64,000 bases of DNA from Acidimicrobiaceae bacterium (GTDB lineage: Bacteria > Actinomycetota > Acidimicrobiia > Acidimicrobiales > RAAP-2), in the NCBI GenBank assembly GCA_027315315.1, contig DAHUYG010000049.1, positions 17,373 to 81,372 on the forward strand, in the 5' to 3' direction. Below the pieces are notes generated by a model. It saw only the letters and a program-made list of their open reading frames with translations. It did not search any database and was not told the origin of the DNA. A program made the position numbers and the translations under genes. Positions 58,540 through 64,000 of this stretch are shown here, in pieces (position 1 is the stretch's first letter; each line of letters opens with the position of its first letter).

Positions 58540-58610
58540 AGCGGGCGACGGGAATCGAACCCGCGTTCTCAGCTTGGGAAGCTGATGTTCTGCCGCTGAA
58601 CTACGCCCGC
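58540..58610 (-). tRNA. tRNA-Gly (anticodon CCC), CCA not encoded
   Basis: Hand-folded. Acceptor GCGGGCG/CGCCCGC; D arm GTTC-AGCGGCA-GAAC; anticodon stem TCAGC/GCTGA with loop TTCCCAA; T arm GCGGG-TTCGATT-CCCGT. Confidence 0.9.
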
Positions 58611-58712
58611 GAGCGGTTGTCACACTATCGTTTAGCGCTGGTTGCGTCGGGAAGAGGGTGCCCGACAAGAGCTGCCACCTCACCCTGCACGAGCGAGATT
58701 GGTCTCCTATAC

Positions 58713-60749
58713 ATGCTGGTCAGGATTGTTATCGGGTTGAGCGCGACTGGCCTGGCCCTCGCGGCCGCCGGGCACCGCTTTTGGCATATCTCCCGCCTGG
58801 TTCGCTCCGGCCGGCCGGCACCCGAGAGACTGAAGAACCTGCGCTCCCGAGCCGAGGCGGAGCTGGTCGAGGTCGGCGGGCAACGCAAACTCCTCCGCTG
58901 GACCGTCCCTGGTCTCGCCCACGCCTTCACGTTCTGGGGCTTCACCTTCCTGCTGTTCACCATCATTGAGGCCTACGGCGACCTCTTCGACAAGAAGTTC
59001 GCAATCTGGGGTTTCGGACACAATCCCGTGCTCGGGTTCATCGAGGACTTCTTCGCCGTCGCCGTGCTGGTCGCCCTGGTGGTGTTCTCGGTGATCCGGA
59101 TCAAGAACGCCCCTGCGAGGAGGGAGCGCGCCTCGAGGTTCTATGGATCGCACACCGATGCGGCATGGATCACGCTCGGGCTCATCGCAATGGTGATGGT
59201 CACCCTCCTTCTCTATCGGGGTGCCCAATCCAACACGGGTGACTTCCCCTATACGTGGTGGGCATTCGCGTCCCACGTGGTCGGAAAGGCGCTCCACCCG
59301 CTGGGCGCCGGCGTGAACAGCGACCTCGAGACGATCTTCGTCATCGCGAACATCTGCGTGATCATGGGGTTCTTGGTGTTCGTTTCCTACTCGAAGCACC
59401 TGCACATCTCGACGGCGCCGCTGAACGTGGCGCTCTCGCGGCGCCCCATCGCCCTCGGTGCGCTCGACAAGACGCCCGACATGGACATGGAGAACGTGAC
59501 CGAGGACACGGTGTTCGGCGCCGGTCTCATCGAGCACTTCACGCAGAAACAGATGCTCGACTTCGTGACCTGCACCGAATGCGGTCGATGCCAGTCGGTC
59601 TGTCCGGCGTGGAACACCGGGAAGCCGCTCTCGCCGAAGCTCGTGATCATGAACCTCCGGGACAACATGTTCTCCCAGGCGTCCCGGTTGCTTGCGAAGG
59701 ACGGGGACCAGGCGGGCGAGCTCGAGACCCTCGTGCCCAACACCATCGAACCCGACGTGCTGTGGTCGTGTGTGACATGTGGCGCCTGCGTCCAGGAGTG
59801 CCCGGTCGACATCGAGCACGTCGATGCCATCGTCGATATGCGGCGCTATGAGGTGCTCATGGAGTCGCGGTTCCCGAGCGAGGCCGGGCTCATGCTCAGG
59901 AACATCGAGAACCAGGGGGACCCCTGGGGCCTCGGGAGTTCGAAGAGGACCGAGTGGACCGAGAGCCTCGATTTCGAGATCCCGGTCGTGACCGATTCCA
60001 TCCCCGACGATGTCGAGTACCTGTACTGGGTCGGTTGCGCCGGAGCGCTCGACGAGCGGGCCCGCAAGGGGGTGCAGGCCACCGCGCGAATGTTGCACCG
60101 TGCCGGCGTGACGTTCGCCATCCTCGGACCGAAGGAGTCCTGCACCGGCGATCCTGCCCGACGGCTCGGCAACGAGTACCTGTACCAAGAACAGACGAAG
60201 GCGAACATCGAGACCCTGAACGGCGTGGGGGCGAAGAAGATCATCGCGACTTGCCCCCACTGCTTCAACAGCATCAAGAACGAGTACCCCGCGCTCGGCG
60301 GACACTTCGAGGTGATCCACCATTCGCAACTGCTTGAGCACCTGGTGTCGTCCGGCCGCCTCAGCCCGGGCCGCGGCTACCAGGGGACCGTCACGTATCA
60401 CGACCCGTGCTACCTCGGCCGCCACAACCGGGTGTTCGACCAGCCGCGTTCGGTGATCGACTCGATTCCCGGCGCCCGCCAGGTCGAGATGGGGCGGTGT
60501 CGCGAGAAGAGCTTCTGTTGCGGCGCCGGCGGCGCCCGCATGTGGATGGAGGAGACGATCGGAAAGCGCATCAACATGGAACGCACCGACGAGGCCCTCA
60601 CCACCGGTGCCGATGTGGTGTCTACCGCCTGCCCCTACTGCATGATCATGCTCGACGACGCCGTTCGCGCGAACGCCAAGGAGGAGGAGGTCAGGGTGCT
60701 GGACCTCTCCCAGCTGGTCGAGGAGTCTCTCTCCGGCCCGGCCGGCTGA
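58713..60749 (+). CDS. membrane-bound Fe-S oxidoreductase (N-terminal multi-TM domain, 2x[4Fe-4S], two CCG domains; HdrD/Rv0338c-like)
   Basis: CTECGRCQSVCP and CVTCGACVQECP ferredoxin motifs. CCG-type motifs VGCAGA...CTGD and CPHC...HDPCYLGR...CCGAGG. Start at ATG 58713; the listed ORF start 58458 would run through tRNA-Gly. Confidence 0.85.
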   Translation: MLVRIVIGLSATGLALAAAGHRFWHISRLVRSGRPAPERLKNLRSRAEAELVEVGGQRKLLRWTVPGLAHAFTFWGFTFLLFTIIEAYGDLFDKKFAIWGFGHNPVLGFIEDFFAVAVLVALVVFSVIRIKNAPARRERASRFYGSHTDAAWITLGLIAMVMVTLLLYRGAQSNTGDFPYTWWAFASHVVGKALHPLGAGVNSDLETIFVIANICVIMGFLVFVSYSKHLHISTAPLNVALSRRPIALGALDKTPDMDMENVTEDTVFGAGLIEHFTQKQMLDFVTCTECGRCQSVCPAWNTGKPLSPKLVIMNLRDNMFSQASRLLAKDGDQAGELETLVPNTIEPDVLWSCVTCGACVQECPVDIEHVDAIVDMRRYEVLMESRFPSEAGLMLRNIENQGDPWGLGSSKRTEWTESLDFEIPVVTDSIPDDVEYLYWVGCAGALDERARKGVQATARMLHRAGVTFAILGPKESCTGDPARRLGNEYLYQEQTKANIETLNGVGAKKIIATCPHCFNSIKNEYPALGGHFEVIHHSQLLEHLVSSGRLSPGRGYQGTVTYHDPCYLGRHNRVFDQPRSVIDSIPGARQVEMGRCREKSFCCGAGGARMWMEETIGKRINMERTDEALTTGADVVSTACPYCMIMLDDAVRANAKEEEVRVLDLSQLVEESLSGPAG

Positions 60750-60807
60750 GCCCGCCGCCCGCTTGGCGGCAAGGACGCGGCTCAGCGAGGTGCTGCGAGA
60801 CGACGGG

Positions 60808-61233
60808 TCAGGCGGGGAGCTGGCCGTAGGCGGAGACTGGGCGGAAGTTCAACACGAGTCGGCGGTCGTTCACCATCGCACGTCGGTACTCGTCCCAATC
60901 GGGGTGGTCCTCGCCCCGCAGCCCCCGATAGATCTCGACGAGCTCGTCGACGACGTCGTCGTGGGGGTCGGCAGCGACCGGACTGAGCTGGACCGTGCCG
61001 TCGAGCACCACGTACTGCCAGAAGGTGTCGCCGGGCACGTAGAGCTGCGAGCGGTGATCTCGGCGATAGTTCCTGGTCTTTGCCCGGTCGTCGGTCACCG
61101 ACACCCGCGTGGAGCCGTCCGGCTCCATGAAGTAGATGATGTTGGACAGTTGGGCCCGACCGTCGCGCCGCAGCGACACGACGACCCCCTGGTGCCTCGC
61201 ACGCGCGAACTCGATTGCGCGCCCGAGCTCCAT
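60808..61233 (-). CDS. PPOX-class F420-dependent oxidoreductase
   Basis: 141 aa from ATG 61233. GVVVSLRRDGRAQLSNI.Y......RVSVTDDRAKTRN.RRD.R is a split-barrel flavin/deazaflavin pattern. Confidence 0.8.
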   Translation of the reverse strand: MELGRAIEFARARHQGVVVSLRRDGRAQLSNIIYFMEPDGSTRVSVTDDRAKTRNYRRDHRSQLYVPGDTFWQYVVLDGTVQLSPVAADPHDDVVDELVEIYRGLRGEDHPDWDEYRRAMVNDRRLVLNFRPVSAYGQLPA

Positions 61234-61247
61234 CGTCTGGCCGACCG

Positions 61248-61676
61248 TTAACCCGCGAACGCGAGGGCGTCCGCCTCGCGCAGGCGCGTCGCCATGGCGG
61301 CGAGCATCTTGCGGGAGAGCGACGGCATCGAGTCGAGCAGCCCGAGGAAGTGCCTCTGTTCGAGCACGAGGAGCACCATGTCCGTCTCCGCGATGATGGT
61401 CGCCGAGCGGGGCTGCCGGTCGAGAAGGGCGAGCTCGCCGAACCACTTCCCCGGGCCGAGCGTGGTGACCTTCCGACCCTTCTTCTTGACGACGGCGGTC
61501 CCCTTCACGATCAGGAAGAACTCGTGGCCGGCGGCCCCCTCTTCGCAGAGGACCTCGCCGGCCTCGACCGTGATCTCGTCGAGGGACTGGCGCACCTTTC
61601 GCAGGTCGCGCGCCGAGCACGGCGCGAAGAGCCAGATCTTGGACAGGTCGACTTCCTTGGCAATGGCTCGAGGCAT
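61248..61676 (-). CDS. cyclic nucleotide-binding domain protein (stand-alone cNMP domain)
   Basis: LF......DL.......DEITVEAGEVLCEEGAAGHEFFLIVKGTAVV......V..LGPG.WFGELALLD..PRSATI.A. ATG at 61676. Confidence 0.8.
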   Translation of the reverse strand: MPRAIAKEVDLSKIWLFAPCSARDLRKVRQSLDEITVEAGEVLCEEGAAGHEFFLIVKGTAVVKKKGRKVTTLGPGKWFGELALLDRQPRSATIIAETDMVLLVLEQRHFLGLLDSMPSLSRKMLAAMATRLREADALAFAG

Positions 61677-61783
61677 GGCCAAAAGGGTAGCCGCGGCATC
61701 GACCCATGACACGGGGCGAACGGGGTCCGGCATCGCTCCGGGGCCGACGTGCGCAAGACGCGCCGCGCGGTAGCCTCCCGGGG

Positions 61784-62416
61784 ATGGCCCTCCGAGGCGA
61801 TCGAGAGAACTCCGGTCCGCGGCGCGGGATCTGGCAACGACTGCTCCACGGTCGGGAGGACACCCCGGTCGGCGAGCGGCTTCGCGCGGCCGTCTTGAAG
61901 GACCCGCAGCCGTCCCAGGAATCCACGGCCGAGCCGCCCAAGCCGGCGAGCGTCGAGGAGCTGCAGAACGCCGAGCGCTTCGCCGACGACCGGGAGCGCT
62001 TCCTGGGCCTGATCGCAGCGCCGCTGGCCGCCGCGATCGGGTTCTTCATCGCGAACTATCTCATCGACCACAATCCGGCGGCATACCTAAGCAACGGCCA
62101 CCCGAACCCCGCTCACGGCAGTGTCGGCACTTATCATGCCCTTGAGCTGGTACTTCTCGCCGTGGCGGTCGCGATGTTGGCCTCGGCCTGGTACCGCAAG
62201 CGGCTCTTCCTCGGCATCGCCATGGCGCTCTACGGCCTCGGCGTCTTCAACCTCCACTACTGGGGCTTCGGTGTCCCGTTCCTCCTCGCCGGGGCGTGGC
62301 TCCTCGTCCGGGCCTATCGGGCGCACCAGGCCGTCCGCGACGCGACCGGTTCGACCGGCGGCACCGGCGGGACGTCGCGCCCCCGCCCGAACAAGCGCTA
62401 CACCCCGCCCGCCTAA
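61784..62416 (+). CDS. membrane protein, unknown function
   Basis: Three or four hydrophobic helices (LIAAPLAAAIGFFIANYLI; LELVLLAVAVAMLASAWY; LFLGIAMALYGLGVF; VPFLLAGAWLLV). Start uncertain (ATG 61784 chosen). Confidence 0.5.
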   Translation: MALRGDRENSGPRRGIWQRLLHGREDTPVGERLRAAVLKDPQPSQESTAEPPKPASVEELQNAERFADDRERFLGLIAAPLAAAIGFFIANYLIDHNPAAYLSNGHPNPAHGSVGTYHALELVLLAVAVAMLASAWYRKRLFLGIAMALYGLGVFNLHYWGFGVPFLLAGAWLLVRAYRAHQAVRDATGSTGGTGGTSRPRPNKRYTPPA

Positions 62417-63000
62417 GAGCGCGCCGGCCGGCTGGCACGCCGTCGAAGTGCGAGCGCACCCAGCGCCACGAGGAGCACCAGGGCGAGCACCGACGGCGCG
62501 ATGAACACGCGCCACGAGGAGTGCTCCGAGCGGAGCTGTGAGGGGGTAGAGAGCAGCTCGGGGTCGCCGGGTGCGATGAGCCCGACGAGGGTCGTGCCGG
62601 GGGTCCTCTCGACGTTGCCCGGGATGGCCTCCTCGAAGTGCCGCCCGCCGTATGTGTAGGCGCCCTGGCACGAGTAGCCGGCCGCGTTGCTCCCGCTCCC
62701 GCCCAGCAGGCCGAGACAGCTCGAGACCCTGACCTCGACCCGGGCCCCATGGCTACGCAGCTCGTCGATCTGGGCGTTGTTGTGGGCGCCGGCGACGAAG
62801 AGGATGGTGCAGACCACCGCGACGGCGCCGAGGCACACGGCAGCCAACGCCTGGACCACCCGGCGCGGGTCGACGGCGACCCCGGCGCCCCGAAGGCGGG
62901 CAACCGGGACATCGCGGTCCGCCCTCGGCGGGATCGTGGGCTGACCGGGCGTTCCGATCGCCCGATCGTAAGCCGAACGGCGGCGACGAGGCCGGGACAA
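62413..63000 (-). CDS. two-TM membrane protein, DUF3592-like architecture
   Basis: TM1 ALAAVCLGAVAVVCTILFVAG, then a central ~90-aa soluble segment, then TM2 VFIAPSVLALVLLVALGALAL. The family assignment is tentative. Confidence 0.5.
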   Translation of the reverse strand: MSRPRRRRSAYDRAIGTPGQPTIPPRADRDVPVARLRGAGVAVDPRRVVQALAAVCLGAVAVVCTILFVAGAHNNAQIDELRSHGARVEVRVSSCLGLLGGSGSNAAGYSCQGAYTYGGRHFEEAIPGNVERTPGTTLVGLIAPGDPELLSTPSQLRSEHSSWRVFIAPSVLALVLLVALGALALRRRASRPARS

Positions 63001-63008
63001 GGTGCGAG

Positions 63009-63046
63009 TTCACGCGCCGGAAACACGGACGTGACCATGCCGAAAC
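63009..63046. promoter_or_regulatory. GlnR box (two a-b site pairs) upstream of amt
   Basis: TTCAC-gcgccg-GAAAC-acggac-GTGAC-catgcc-GAAAC matches the actinobacterial GlnR consensus gTnAc-n6-GaAAc-n6-GTnAC-n6-GAAAc at every conserved position but one. It lies about 110 nt upstream of the amt start. Confidence 0.65.
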
Positions 63047-63155
63047 CGCCGCCCGGCATCCTGTCGGCGGCAGACGACCGTCCGTCGTGGTCTGGCGCAC
63101 CTGGTGCGAACTGGGTGGGGCCACCGGACGAATCGTGCGAGAGGAGACCCGAGCG

Positions 63156-64000
63156 GTGGTGCATCTGTTAGCGGGAGCAGTACCCGTCCCGTATCCGAGT
63201 TACCTGAACACGGGCGACAACACGTGGCAGATCGTGGCGGCCACGTTCGTCGGCCTCATGAGCCTTCCGGGACTGGCGGTCCTCTATGCGTCGATCGTCC
63301 AGAAGAAGTGGGCGGTCAACGTACTGGCGATGATGTTCGCCGGTTTCTCGCTCGTGCTCGTGTGCTGGGTGCTGTGGTCCTACAAGATGGGGTTCGGCTC
63401 GACGTCGCTCGGCGGCGGCGTCCACAACGGAGTCCAGACCCAACTCTCCGGCGTGGGGTGGGTGAAACACTTCTTCGAGAACCTCGTCGGCAAGCCGGGG
63501 CAGATCACCAACGCCACGAACGAGACCAGCCAGGCCGTCTCGGCGGCCAACACGGTCATCCCGTTCCACTTTCCGACGACGTCGCTCGCCTACTTCCAGT
63601 TCGTGTTCGCAGCGATCACACCGCTGCTGTTCATGGGGAGCGTGCTCGGGCGGATCAAGTTCAGCGCCTGGTGCCTTCTCGTCCCGCTGTGGTCGACCTT
63701 CGTCTACGCGATCGACGCCTTCTTGCTGTGGGGCGGCGGCTACTTCGCCCAGGAAGGGGCACTCGACTTCTCCGGTGGGTTCGTCATCCACATGTCCGCT
63801 GGCGTCTCGGGGTTCGTCGCCGCCTGGGTGCTCGGTCCCCGTCTCCTGCGAGATCGCCAGCACGCCATCCCGAACAACCTCGTCATGGCGGCGGTCGGAG
63901 CGGGCATCTTGTGGCTCGGCTGGAACGGCTTCAACGGCGGGGACCCCTACTACGCCGGGGCGTCGGCTTCGGCCGCCGTCGTCAACACGAACCTCGCCAC
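63156..64000 (+). CDS. amt: ammonium transporter (Amt family), 3' end outside window
   Basis: Not in the ORF track (no stop in window). Hand translation is open to nt 64000: DNTWQIVAATFVGLMSLPGLAVLYAS, FQFVFAAITPLL, GALDFSGGFVIHMSAGVSGFVAAWVLGPR, GAGILWLGWNGFNGG. GTG 63156/63159 is preceded by AGGAG. Confidence 0.9.
   Translation, partial: MVHLLAGAVPVPYPSYLNTGDNTWQIVAATFVGLMSLPGLAVLYASIVQKKWAVNVLAMMFAGFSLVLVCWVLWSYKMGFGSTSLGGGVHNGVQTQLSGVGWVKHFFENLVGKPGQITNATNETSQAVSAANTVIPFHFPTTSLAYFQFVFAAITPLLFMGSVLGRIKFSAWCLLVPLWSTFVYAIDAFLLWGGGYFAQEGALDFSGGFVIHMSAGVSGFVAAWVLGPRLLRDRQHAIPNNLVMAAVGAGILWLGWNGFNGGDPYYAGASASAAVVNTNLA

Noticed and set aside
58458-58712. Listed start of the Fe-S oxidoreductase ORF
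   Set aside because: The first 85 codons run straight through tRNA-Gly(CCC) on the opposite strand. The first TM helix begins right after ATG 58713.
58707-60425. 572-aa minus-strand ORF
   Set aside because: It is an antisense shadow of the Fe-S/CCG oxidoreductase gene.
63168-63863. 231-aa minus-strand ORF, the only long ORF listed in this part of the track
   Set aside because: The plus strand encodes an unmistakable Amt transporter that is missing from the track because it has no stop in the window. The minus ORF is its shadow.

Overview
This window is the chromosomal replication-origin region of a high-GC, Actinomycetota-type genome. All coordinates, start codons and alignments below were derived by hand from the sequence and the ORF track. 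No database search was run.

Core layout:
- dnaA-dnaN-recF-DUF721(dciA-like)-gyrB-gyrA run on the minus strand. rpmH-rnpA-yidD-yidC-jag-rsmG-(1.2-kb gap)-parA-parB run on the plus strand. The two sets diverge from about 20.1-22.0 kb.
- An AT-rich dnaA-dnaN spacer and a cluster of TCCACA-core DnaA boxes at the dnaA 5' end mark the likely oriC.
- Two near-consensus parS sites sit between rsmG and parA.
- To the left is the actinobacterial cell-envelope signalling block: crgA, trpG, pknB with 4 PASTA repeats, pstP, fhaB, fhaA and tRNA-Leu. Here it is compact, with no rodA/pbpA/pknA.
- To the right are cwlM-trxA-trxB, degV, murJ, an Rv3909-like protein, cca, ino1-padR, panB, rpsF-ssb-rpsR-rplI, dnaB and transporter/redox genes. 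These include a liv-type ABC operon, an Fe-S/CCG oxidoreductase, three PNPOx/PPOX-fold proteins, and a partial amt gene preceded by a textbook GlnR box.

Accessory or decayed spots:
1. An approximately 3-kb islet next to tRNA-Leu carries a MazEF cassette and a methyltransferase remnant. It ends at an inverted 24-nt copy of the tRNA-Leu 3' end.
2. A frameshifted VOC gene and an unassigned spacer lie between the two parS sites.
3. An approximately 1.3-kb decayed segment lies next to tRNA-Gly(CCC). It holds a GrpB pseudogene with three lesions and a recombinase-type HTH fragment.

Other oddities:
- cwlM has no canonical start codon for its first domain.
- There is a perfect 24-bp tandem duplication of the gyrA 3' end.
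- ParA has a long acidic N-terminal extension and S18 has an RGG/acidic tail.

No rRNA, CRISPR array, intact transposase/integrase or recognisable defence system was seen. I found no clearly novel multi-gene system. The best candidates for follow-up are the tRNA-Leu islet with the adjacent ClpX-zinc-finger/HTH gene, the parS-bracketed segment, and the cwlM start problem.
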